Shown here one piece after another: positions 39,292 through 50,955 of a stretch of 64,000 bases of DNA; position 1 is the first letter of the stretch, and the number at the start of each line of letters is the position of its first letter. Under the pieces are notes generated by a model. The model did no database searches, had not been told where the DNA came from, and was given only the letters and a program-made list of their open reading frames with translations. The position numbers were made by a program, and so were the translations under genes. Source of the stretch: Okamejei kenojei (Eukaryota); assembly GCA_035221665.1 (NCBI GenBank), contig CM069140.1, positions 74,090,001-74,154,000 on the forward strand. The letters run 5' to 3'.

Positions 39292-39480
39292 CCAGACCAA
39301 GTGGGACCGGTTGGGTCCCTGTCACACGGGAGGCCTGGTCCCCAATGCAGCCCGTTCCCCCAACAGGATATTCCACCACTCACCCATAGCCCCCACTGGA
39401 GGCCTATTCCACCACTCACCCGTTCCCCCAACGCAATATTCCACCACTCACACATAGGCTCCAACTGTGCAGAGGCGGCA
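39292..39480 (-). mobile_element. Helitron 3'-end fragment (same family as 61882-62699)
   Basis: ccagaccaagtgggaccggttgggtccc...cacacgggagg matches the hairpin terminus at 61882. Confidence 0.6.
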
Positions 39481-41171
39481 TATGTCCCCTTATTCACCCT
39501 CCCTCATTTTAAACTTTAAAAAAAATACCAGAAAAAAAGAATTGGATTTCACTTGCTGCCAGGACTCAGTGTCCTGTGATTGCAACACTATTGCAGACAG
39601 GGCCTGCAAGGATGTGTTTTTTGACACTGAGAAGTTAAGTGAAAAGTAAATTTTTTGACGTTTTAAATGTGAATAACTTGTAAAATTTGGTGCGGCTGAA
39701 AATAAGAAGCCAAAGAAAATCATGCATGGGAAACCGAAAATAGGCAAGCTCAGAGATATGGAGGCCTCCAGGCTTGAATGGAGGTTGCAGAGATTGGGGG
39801 ATCTCAATCTCAGAGGTTGGGGGATCTCTTTAAAGGTGGTCTTTAAAAAAGTGTGAGTGTGCATGCGTGCGCAAGCGTGATCACATATTCGCGAAAAAAA
39901 CGACACGCTTACGGTAACATTTTAACATATTCCAGTAGAGATTTTTCCCCTGGACTCCAAAATTGCCTTACTTCCATGATTTTATTTTAGTGCACAAATT
40001 GACGATTTTCAAGCAGTCAAGTTAAAATTGATACCAATGCATTAACAATTTGGCGTTCCAGATAGTTGTCTAGGTTTATAGCAGCACACCCCTGTATCCC
40101 ACTGTATAATAGCATTTGCAAAGGATCTTTGACCGAAAATGTAAACTCTTTTCACAGTTGTTGCCCGTTCTGTGAAATCCAACATTTACTATCTCTGAAG
40201 GATACAAAGTGCTGAAGTAACTCAGCGGGATCGGCAGCAATTCTGGAGAAAAGGATGGGTGACATTTCAGGCTGGGACCCTTCTTCAGACTCTGAAGTCG
40301 GAAGGGTCACGACCCAAGACGTGATCCACCCTTTTTCTCCAGAGGCGTTGCCTAACCCGCTGCGTTACTCCAGCAATTTTGTGTTCAGCTTTGGTATAAA
40401 CAAGCATCTGCAGTTCTTTGTTTCTACATTTACTATCTCTGGTCTGTTAACGGTTCCTAAATTATCTGAAAATATCAGTGTTGCTTTAAGAAGCACGTGT
40501 CAAAAAGTAAGGGTGGTACCCAAATTCCCCAACATACTCCTTCAACAATGTGCCTTTTACATCATGCGTGGATTGGTAAAATACCTCTTTCCACCTCATT
40601 TTAGCATGATTTGGTACAACAGTTTACACCTTCCTGTGCTATAAACAGACTTGAAAGCAGTAATAAAAATCAATAAGACATGGTTGGAGAAACTATAAAA
40701 TGAGTGCAATTGAACAAGACAGGACTTGTGTGCATTGAATGAAATCATCTGTTGCTTATACTGCTCAAACGAGAATCCCAAGTGCCACACTCATCTACCT
40801 GCAAAGAGGTGTATTAAGGAGTTTAAGAAGGAACTGCAGATGCTGGAAAATCGAAGGTAGACGAAAGTGCTGGAGAAACTCAGCGGGTGCAGCAGCATCT
40901 ACGGAGCGAAGGAAATAGGCAACGTTTCAGGCCGAAACCCTTCTTCAGACATATATTAAGGAAACCTTTATAGGCTAGATTAGAATATGTCTGCACAATC
41001 ATCCAGCAAGACTCTAAGTGCAAGCAGGGTCTTCCAGGGAAAGTATGGAGCAACATTGGGAGTATTTAGGGAGTCTACAATACATCAGCATTTGTATTCA
41101 TTTGTTCATTCAGGCAATGCAACATGAGAGGTATTATCCAGGAATAAAGAGCAGTTTACAACACAGCGGTA

Positions 41172-41602
41172 TGTTTCGCTGAACACCTCCGTTCAGTCCG
41201 TCTGAACCCATCTGATCTCCCGGTGGCCCAGCACTTCAACCCCCCCTCCCATTCCCACACTGACCTTTCTGTCCTGGGCCTCTTCCACTATCAGAGTGAG
41301 GCCCAGTGCAAACTGGAGGAACAGCACCTCATATTTCGCTTGGGTAGTTTACACTCAATGGGTATGAACATTGACCTCTCTAACTTCAGATAGCCCTTGC
41401 TTTCTCTCTCCTTCCCTTTCCCAGTTCTCCCGCTAGTCTTACTGTCTCCGACTGCATTCTATCTTTGTCCCGCCTGAAGAAGGGTCTCGACCCGAAACGT
41501 CGCCCATTCCTTCTCTCCATAGATGCTGCCTCACCCGCTGAGTTACACCAGCATTTTGAGCCTACCTTTGATTTTACCAGCATCTGCAGTTCTTTCTTAC
41601 AC
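41172..41602 (+). mobile_element. Penelope-like element 3' end with hammerhead core in its tail
   Basis: GIY-YIG C-terminus FAEHLRSV...PVAQHFN..SHSHTDLSVLGL...KLEEQHLIFRLG, followed by CTGAAGAAGGGTCTCGACCCGAAACGTC at 41474-41501. Confidence 0.85.
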
Positions 41603-43124
41603 CAGTGGTATGAATGTTGATTTCTCCAATTTCCAGCAGCTCCTGCATTCCTTCCTTCCCGCCCCTACCCCACCCTAGTTATTCTACGAGTTCCACTGCT
41701 GGCATCCTTGTATCCCTGTCATTGGTACATCTTCCCCAGCCAACAAAGGGCCATTGTGGACTGCACTGTTCCAGAGGTCATCTGTTGCCGGCCCTCACCT
41801 CCAGTTTTCTCACCTTCAGTTCCCAACACTCTCTCCCCCCTCCCCCCCCCCCCCCCCCCCCCCCCACCTTTCAGTCTGAGGGAGGGTTCTGACCCGAAAC
41901 ATCACCCAAAACAGCACTCGCAATTCCTTCCCACACACCCACGGAAGCACATTGGATTGTCTTCGTTAGGCAATTCAGCTTCAAGCTCAAATTGAGATAG
42001 AGAAACTAATACTAGCTGGGATAATGAGGAGGAAAAGTATACTTTCAGAACAAGGTTGAAAGGATATAGAGCAAAGACAAGTGGGGGCAAGGTACTGATC
42101 AGGTACTGTAATCTAACGGGATGGTTGTAAAGACTCGAGGGGTAGTGTGGGCCAACTCCAATTGAGTTCTCTACCTCTCAATTGCAGAGGAGAAAATGCG
42201 GACAAATTAATATTATTGCCTATCAATTTACAAAGATGCCAAGTTCGTAAGGGTTTTAACTGAAAGAACATGTCAGAAATGGTCTCTACACTACTGCCTG
42301 GTACAGCGAGTTAAACGAGGCTCTCAGGTTGTGACCTGGTCGCTCTGTGGCCACTGGACCTCCAACATTCTGGATTTACTCAAGACCTTGGGCATGCATG
42401 TTTGGGTCCCGAGGGCAGTTACTTGCCCCATCAGGTGGGATGCTCTTCCTCAAGGTTACACTGGAGTTTGTAAGACCGTCAAAAAGGTCCAAATGGAATT
42501 AAAGAAACGCATAGCTGAAGCTAATGATGTGACAGCCCAGACCATCACCTCCCTTCCATTGACACCTCACGCTGCCTCGGCAAGTCCAGCAGCACAACCA
42601 AGGACCAGTCTAACCCCGGTCATTCCCTCTTTTCCCACCTCCCATCAGGCAAAAGGTACAGAGGTGTGGACATGCACACCTCCAGATTCAGGGACAGTTT
42701 CTTCCCAGATGTTATCAGGCAACGGAACCATCCTACCAACACCTAGAGTGGTCATCTCCCCCCCTCTCCTAGAGAACGGTCCTGAACTACAATCCACCTC
42801 ATTGCAGACCCTCGGACTATCTCTCATCAGACACTACTGGACTTTATCTTGCACTAAACGTTATTCCCTTCATCTTGTATCTGTACGCTGTGGACGGCTC
42901 GATTATAATCGTGTAAAGTCTTTCCGCTGATTAGTTAGCGTGCAACAAAAGCTTTTCACTGGACCTTGGTGTACGTGACAATAAACTACACACATTTACA
43001 TGCCACGATGTTGTTTTGTTCAGAACTGGATGCTGCTGCAGGTTAATGTGGAATATTTGGAAAGATGTTAAAAAGTGGGTGATGTGGTGTGTGCCTGAGC
43101 TCAGCTTGATTGCATTTATGTATA

Positions 43125-43322
43125 CAGATGCTCCCCATTTTATGATGCTTCGACTTACAATATCTCGACTTTACGAGGGTGCAAACGCTGGGCAACGGCA
43201 GCGAGCCACAGCTCACGTCTGGTCACGTGATCAAATTGTATTAAATGCTTTTTCGACTTACGGGATTTACGATGGGTTTATCAGAACATAACATAACCTC
43301 ATCGTAGGTCGAGGAGCAGCTG
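43125..43322. mobile_element. Tigger/pogo MITE resembling Tigger5/MER47
   Basis: TA-flanked TIRs CAGATGCTCCCCATTTTATGATG...CATCGTAGGTCGAGGAGCAGCTG; interior gatgggtttatc and tcgacttac repeats. Confidence 0.75.
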
Positions 43323-46300
43323 TAGTATTATCTGATTTGATAGTACGCCATCAAAAGCTTATGGCAAAAGTACATGGCAATAATAAACCTCAACACTATG
43401 ATGTCAATAATTATGAGAGGGGGAGAGAGGGAGAGATGACCACTCAAACCTCATCCAAAGTTACTGTTGTGATTTTTTTTTCAACACACAGTGCTGGTGT
43501 AACTTGGCGGGACCGGCAGCATCTCTGGAGAACATGGATAGGTGACGTTTTGGGAATGGACCCTTGTGATTACAGTTGACATTATATGGTCATCAAAGAT
43601 TTTCTTTACTTCTCACTGAATCCAGAAGGGCTCGTTGTTGCTGCTCTGTAAACTGGTTGGTCTGTTATTTTATTTCGGGAACCGAACTTTATTCTCATAA
43701 TTTCTCTCTAACGCTCCCCTCTTTCTTTAAACAAAATGAACGGGGAAAGGCAAAATCTGAGAGATCGCACAGATCTACAGAAATAATAACCATCCTGGCC
43801 ACACACTCATCTCCCGGCTACCTTCAGGTGGAAGGTACAGGAGCCTGAAGACTGCAACGACCCGGTTCAGGAATAGCTACTTCCCCACAGCCATCAGGCT
43901 ATTAAACTCGGCTCGGACAAAACTCTGAACATTAATACCCCTTTATCTGTTATTTGCACTTTATCAGTTTATTTATTCATGTGTGTATATATTTATATAA
44001 GGGTATATGGACACACTGATCTGTTTTGCAGTCAATGCCTACTATGTTCTGTTGTGCTGGAGCAGAGCAAGAATGTCATTGTCCTATCAGGGACACATGA
44101 CAATAAACTCTCTTGAACTTGGACTAGGAACATGAGTACCTGCTGTTTGCACTCGAGAATGGTAGCTAGCGTTATTTTAAAAAATGGCTCTTACAAGATA
44201 CAAGATACATTTGTCACATGTGCCAGTTGGCACAGTGAAATGTGATCACCATACACACGATAGAGTTCAACATAAAACATCCCCACACAGCAGAATCAAA
44301 GGTTTCCCACTGTGAGGGAAGGCACCAAAGTCAGTCACCTTCCTCTAATGTTCCTGATGTTCACCTGCGGTCAGGGCCCCCCCGAGCCCTCCGCAGTCGC
44401 CGCTCCGGGCAGCCCGATGTACCAATCACCTGGTAACAATCTGGTAACAATCACCATTTGAAATTAAACTCTATTTTAAAAAGTACTATCCGTTCATCTC
44501 ATTGGGAGCCAAGAAAATCATTTTTTAAAACATCCTTTTTAAAATGTTGTTAAAAAGTATTCCTGAAAAAAAGTTATATTTACGACAAAAAGATAGACAC
44601 ACAATGCTGGAGTAACTCAGCAGGACAGGCAGCATTTCTGGATAGAAGGAAAGGGTGATGTTTTGGCCTTTGACAGGTCTCAACCCGAAACGTTAATCTT
44701 CGGTGCAAACCAGCATCTGCAGTTCCTACACCTACCAAGATGCCCATGGCTTGGTGAACATAGCTGCCTGGGAGATCTAGCGGTGGCAAAAGAGAAGGCT
44801 GTCCACTGTGGAAGAGCCTGGCCGAACATTTGAAACATAGATGATGGACACGAAAGAAGAGATTATGAGTACGTCCAAAACAACAAGAGCAATGTAGGTA
44901 TATAATTGCAGTCACAGTTGTGGAAGAGATAATAAATGAGAACTCGGAGTGACGCAGAATGTGTTTAATTGAAGGGTAAATAGTTAACTGGTCACCAGGG
45001 AGAAGTTCATGTTCTTCTGCGCAATAACACCGTGTGCATCTTCTGCTGTTACCTGAAGTATTGTTTAATGACTCACCACGGTGTACCAGCTCCTCCACTT
45101 TGGTCCTGAGCTTGAGTTGAAGGAAGTGGCCTGACACACCCATGTTGTCCATTTAAACGCTGCTAATCTGGTCCGACAGTCGTACAGCACAGAAACAGAC
45201 CCCTTTTCCCACCACTTCCACGCCCACTGTTTTGCCCATCAACGTGAATCCCGGTTTCCCGCAATATAACCATATCCTTCTCTGCAGGGACTATTTAAGT
45301 GCCTAAATGCTTCATAAAAATAGTAATTATATCTGATTCCACCACATCCTCTGGCAGTGCATTCCAGATATCAACTACTTTCTTAAAGCAAAACTTTCCT
45401 CTCAGATGTACCAAGAGTAGAGGATTCAACAACCAGATTTAAGATTTAAACCATAGGTTTAAGGTGAGGGGGGGAAAATATGTAATAGGAACCCGAGGGG
45501 CATCTTTTCCATGCAAAGGGTGGTGGGTGTGTGGAAAGAGCTGCGGAGGAAGTCGTTAAAGAAGATCCTATCACAACATTTAAGAAACATTTGGACAGGT
45601 CCAGGGACAGGATAGCTTCAGAGGAATATGGGCCAAATGCAGGGGCTAGTGTAGATGGGGCAGGTTGGTCGTCGTGGTCAAGCTGGGCCGAAGGGCCTTT
45701 TCTACACTATAATACTCTGTCTTTTAAACTCTGTCTTAAACCTATGCCCTCTTGTTTCTGATACCTTGTTAAGTTTAGTTAGCAAGAAATCCGGCTCATT
45801 TGACATGCGCGGGCGGCTGCCTTATCGGGGCTGCACCAACACCTTATGCTGGTTGGCGTTGTGAAACCTGGAACACTGCTGCTCTGAACATCTTCACAAG
45901 TGATAGGAGCAGAATTAGACCATTCAGCCCATCAAGTCCACTCAGCCATTCAATCATGGCTGATCTGTCTCTCCCTCTCAACCCCATTCTCCTGCCTTCT
46001 CCCCATGACCCCCGACACCCGTACTAATCAAGAATCTCTCAATCTCCGCCATAAACATATCCACTGACTTGGCCTCCTCCACAGCCTTCTATGCCAGTGA
46101 CTTCCACAGATTCACCACCCTCTGACTAAAGAAAGGTACGTCTACCTTGAAGAAGTTCACCAGCATTTTTTCGTCTTCCTTCTCATCTCAGTTCAGGTTA
46201 GTTTGGTTTATTGTCGCGTGTACTGAGGTAACAGTGAAATGCTTTTGTTGGTTGCCCAGTACAAGAATCATTATACATCAGCACTAAAATATTGTCCTGA

Positions 46301-46544
46301 ACTTGATGCCTGATCAAGTACCTGACACTTGTACTGAACTATTTGCAAAAATGAATTTCACTGTACCTCAGTACATGTGATATATAAAGTACCATTGAAA
46401 AAGTACCATTGAGAATTTCTGATATCCAGTTTTAGCAGCACTGGCCAATTCCAATGAAAGGACATTAGCCCGAAATGTTAACTCTGCCTTCCTCTATCCT
46501 GAGATGCTGCCTGAACTATTGCATATTTAAATGATCCTGGAAAC

Positions 46545-47056
46545 ATGATCCCAATGTTGGGGGAGTCCAGAACCAGGGGCCACAGTTTAAGAATTAGGGA
46601 TGGGCCATTTAGAACTGAGATGAGGAAAAACTTTTTCACCCAGAGAGTTGTGAATCTGTGGAATTCTCTGCCTCAGAAGGCAATGGAGGCCAATTCTCTG
46701 GATGCTTTCAAGAGAGACGCCGCGCGACGTCCACATTCAGTTGGCCTGCCTCCTGCCCAGCTGATTGGTGAGCATGATGTCAGGACCAGCTCCATACAAC
46801 TTCATACGCCTCCGCGGTTCAAATTGGGACCGGCCCCACGAGGCCGTACGCCACAAGCGACTACGTTTGGTCGCGCTAAACGCAAGCAATCGCATGCTGG
46901 TGGGACAGGCCCTTTAGATAGAGCTCTTAAAAGATAGCGGAGCCTGGGGATATGGCGAGAAGGCAAGGAACAGAGTACAGATTGTGGATGATCCGCCATA
47001 ATCATATTGAATGGCTCAAAGGGCCGAATGGCCTACTCCTGCACCTATTGTCTATT
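46545..47056 (+). mobile_element. CR1 3' end containing a one-ended type D Harbinger MITE (~46716-46913)
   Basis: ESRTRGHSLRI...FFTQRVVNLWNSLPQK. The right TIR GCATGCTGGTGGGACAGGCCCT+TTA is present and the left TIR is absent; CR1 resumes at gatagagctct. Confidence 0.8.
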
Positions 47057-48439
47057 TAGTCAATTCTGTTTTATACCTCACAGTTATCAAGACTTTTGTT
47101 TTATTCTCGTTTCCTCTGCTCTCCTTATCTTCTTCCACTTATTCCCCCGGATAGATCAGCTGCTATTAACAATCCATCAGCACCAGCAGCGGTCGTGACA
47201 TTCAATCGCTACAAATTTCTACAGAGGCATCATAAAAAGCATCCTATTCGCATGCATTCACAGCTTGGTTACAGCAAGTGTTCTGCCAAAGACCATAAGA
47301 AATGGCGGAGTTGCGGACTCGGCTCAGTCCATCGCACAAACCAGCCTTACGTTCCAATGATTCCATCCGGACTTTGCGATCCCCTTGGGTAAGCAACCAA
47401 CACAATGAGGGACCGTTCCAAACCCCGACCATCCACTCTCCCTCCATCCTCCGTCGGGCAGAAGATGCACAAGCTTGAAAGCTCGCACCACTGCATTCAA
47501 GAACACGGGCGACACAGAGGTAGAGTTGCTACCTTACGGCGCCAGAGACCCAAGTTCGATCCTGACTACGGGTGCTTGTCCGCACGGAGTTTGTACGTTC
47601 TTACTCCTGACCTGCGCGGCTTCTCTCCGGGTGCTCCGCTTTCTTCCCACTCTCCAAAGACGTACAGGTTGATAGGCTAATTGGCTTAGTAGAATTGCAA
47701 ATTGTGTGTGCGTGTGTGTGTCGTGTAGTGTGTGTGTGTGTGTGCGTGTGTGTGTGTGTCGGGTAGTGTTAGTGTGCGGAGATCGCTGGTCGGCGCGCAG
47801 TGAGAGGGCCTAATGGCCTGTTTCCTCGCTGTGTCTAAATCGCCGTTGTCAGACTCGTGAATGAATGTCTCCTAAACTAAGGATGTATTCCCACTCTCCC
47901 TCGATGTAGCACTTGCTCTGTATAACCCAAACTGTTTCTGGAGCTGGAGCGCTACATTCTGCACTCTGCCTCCCTTCTTTTATACACTGTTGTATTCAAG
48001 TACGGTATAATTGTATCAGCTTTGCCCAAATAGCAGACAAAACAATGTTTTTCCACAGGTAGAGAAAAATGCTGGAGAAACTCAGCGGGCGAGGCATCGT
48101 CGACCCGAAACTTCGCCTATTCCTTCGCTCCATAGATGCTGCCTCACCCGCTGAGTTTCTCCAGCATTTTTATCCGCCTTCGATTTTTCCAGCATCTGCA
48201 GTACCATCTTGAACAAGTTTTTTCACTGCATCGCGGGACAGGTGACAATCACAAACCAATACCAATATTCAAGTCCACCTATCACAAATATCACACATTC
48301 CTACTAGACTAATACCGATGGGCCAAACGTCCCAATTCGGCTCCTTACCATCTTATGACTGCCAGTAATCTGGCACGCAATTCTCTTTTTGCAGTCTTAC
48401 AACTGTGTTGAAAGTGTGACGGCAACATTTCCCACGGTT

Positions 48440-48715
48440 TATACGCCAGGATCCCTTGCAACCACCGACAATCAAAGAACCCGATCCGATTTGAGATACC
48501 AGCTACCAAGACAGATGTGTACAGCAATTCATTCTTCCCCCGCACAATTAAAGCATGGAAGAGTCTTCAACCTTCCCTAGAGTTACCCAACCAGATGGAA
48601 CTAAGTGTAAGGACGCTCTTTCTTCCCAAAAACCCTTTCGGGCTTAAGTCCTCCCTCCACCACCTCCAGTTTAAATTCCATTTGGAATATTTTGGAGGAC
48701 CAAGAAACCAAGAAA
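48440..48715 (+). mobile_element. CR1/L2-group (Daphne/Crack-like) LINE 3' end
   Basis: FEIPATKTDVYSNSFFPRTIKAWKSL motif; short (ccaagaaa)n tail. Confidence 0.55.
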
Positions 48716-50159
48716 CTCCAGTGAGTGATGGAATCTGGACCCAACCCAATTTCAGCAACTTGCAATTCCTCTGTAAACACGGACACCCACCCGTACGTCA
48801 TGGACTCTGTGACCCCAGTTATTTACAAAAGAAGTTAGCTGCCCAAAGCATGGACATTTTTTTTTCCAATTTTATATTTAGCGTGTACTGACAGAAAGAA
48901 TAAAAACGTGGGGAAGAAAGAAATTATCGACGTTTGTAAGAGAGATTTTATGACCTTACCCATCCACAGAAGGATCTCGTTTTAAAATCAGCGCTATTAT
49001 TGAAGGGGATTGGCGAGTCCCTTTGAAGACCACTCATTCTGTCATCTTTTCCCTCCATCAGCAGATCACCCATCTTCTCATTTCCGTGCAGGGCTATCGT
49101 CTTTAATTATAAAATAGCTCCGATAATAGATAGTAATCTACAGTCACCAAGTTCTGACACATTAGTGAACGGATATTTTTATGGCAGAGATAGATAGATT
49201 CTTGATTAGCATGGGTGTCAGGGGTAATGGGGAGCAGGCAGGGGAATGGGGTTTGGAGGGAGAGATAGATCAGCCAGGATTGAATGGCGGATTAGACTTG
49301 ATAGGTCGAATGGCCAAATTCTGCTCTCATCACTTTTGAACTTAAATACATACACCCTTCAACAACAATTTGCCACATTTCTTCCCAAAAGTGCGATCCA
49401 GCGTGAGTTACCGTTTTACATCCTGCAATCTCTTAAATGCAATGAAATAAATACAAACGTTTTTTTTTCAAACCATCCAATTTAATCGAGCCTAGTCTAT
49501 AATCGTAAAGGTGGATGGTTTTATTTTATGTGGGGACGGACAGATTATACCTCATTATACTCTGCCTCAGGATATTTTGTGTGTGTGCGCATTCCTCTCT
49601 CTCTCTCGAATACAACTTCCAACTGAAATGACTGGTCTTCAGAAAAAGATTAATTCTGAAGAGATTTTATTTAAAAACTGCGAAACACTTCATTCAATTC
49701 CCTAGTTAGACCGGTGCTAACAAGGTTCAAAGAATTAAAAAATTCAGACTGGCATGAAAGACTTTGATGCATTGGACACACGACCTTCCAAAGCAGATGT
49801 ACACACTGACCTTCTGAGCAGAGTGAGCGTGCATATAGTTATGCCTCTGTTCCCAGCCAGAATCAAGATTACTGTGTAAATCATGTCTGGAGACTGACTA
49901 TATTGCTGCAAGTGATTATGATTAACTTTCAATGGTACATGCATGTAACCATCACAACATTTTGATGTGGAAATCACCCTGCTTTTATCACAACTGTTAG
50001 GTCTGTCGTACCTCACTGAGAACATTGAACAGCACAGGAATGGCCCTTCGGCCCGCAATGTCTGTACCGAACATGATGCCAAGTTAAACATTATTCCCTT
50101 CATCCTGTATCTGTTCACTGTGGCTGGCTTGATTGTAATCGTGTGTGTAGTCTTTCCAG

Positions 50160-50630
50160 GACTCTGTGATTTACGGACTGTTCCCAGGCGTCGAGTGCTG
50201 CTGGAAGGCCATCAACTCGGTGAAAGACGCTCTTTGGCCTGCCCGAGCGTTGTTGACCTCCCAGCGGAGCGGGATGTCCGTCGGGGAATGTTGCCGACTG
50301 GCCCGCTGCAGACCACAGGGACGCACTGAAGCTCGGTGCAGCCAATGCCAAGGCTCTGTGGGGGAGGACCACAGACTTAGGGTCCCCCCGCTGCAGGACA
50401 TTTGGGGGGGGGGGGGGGGGGCAAGGGTGTGGTGGAGACGCCCCTCAAAGATAAGGGAAGGGGTTCCGCGCCAGTGGGCCACATGAGTGGCAAGGGTGGG
50501 GGATAAATTTGTGAAATTTGTGCAATGTGTGTAAATAGTATAGCCTCCGAAAATGTCGGATGAATTTTTTTGCACGGTTCCTGTATTGTATATATTAATT
50601 ACTTGGATAAAGTCCATTTTGAAATTGTTT
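50160..50630 (+). mobile_element. Tx1-like LINE 3' fragment
   Basis: IYGLFPG...CCWKAINSVKDALWPARALL...CCRLA is typical of the Tx1 ORF2 C-terminus. Confidence 0.6.
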
Positions 50631-50749
50631 TAAATAGCCTTTCCGTTGACTGGATAGCACGCAGCAAAAAAATGTCACTGTATCTCGGCGCATGTGACAA
50701 TAAACAAAACTAAACGTAAACTAAACTAAAATAAACTAATCCCTTTGCG

Positions 50750-50955
50750 TTTAAGAAGGAACTGCAGATGCTGGAAAATCGAAGGTAGACAAAAATGCTG
50801 GAGAAACTCAGCGGGTGAGGCAGCATCTACGGAGCAAAGGAAATAGACGACGTTTCGGGTCGAGACCCTTCTTCTCGACCCTAAACGTCGCCTATTTCCT
50901 TCGCTCTGTAGATGCTGCCTCACCCGCTGAGTTTCTCCAGCATTTTTGTCTACCT
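50750..50955. repeat. Fold-back palindrome of two opposed Penelope-tail units
   Basis: gtagacaaaaatgctggagaaactcagcgggtgaggcagcatcta...gggtcgaga and its reverse complement, centred near 50870. Confidence 0.85.

Noticed and set aside
44580-45152. 190-aa minus-strand ORF / possible exon ending at a GTGAGT donor (45076)
   Set aside because: No recognisable protein, it runs into a Penelope tail, and there is no good polypyrimidine acceptor upstream.
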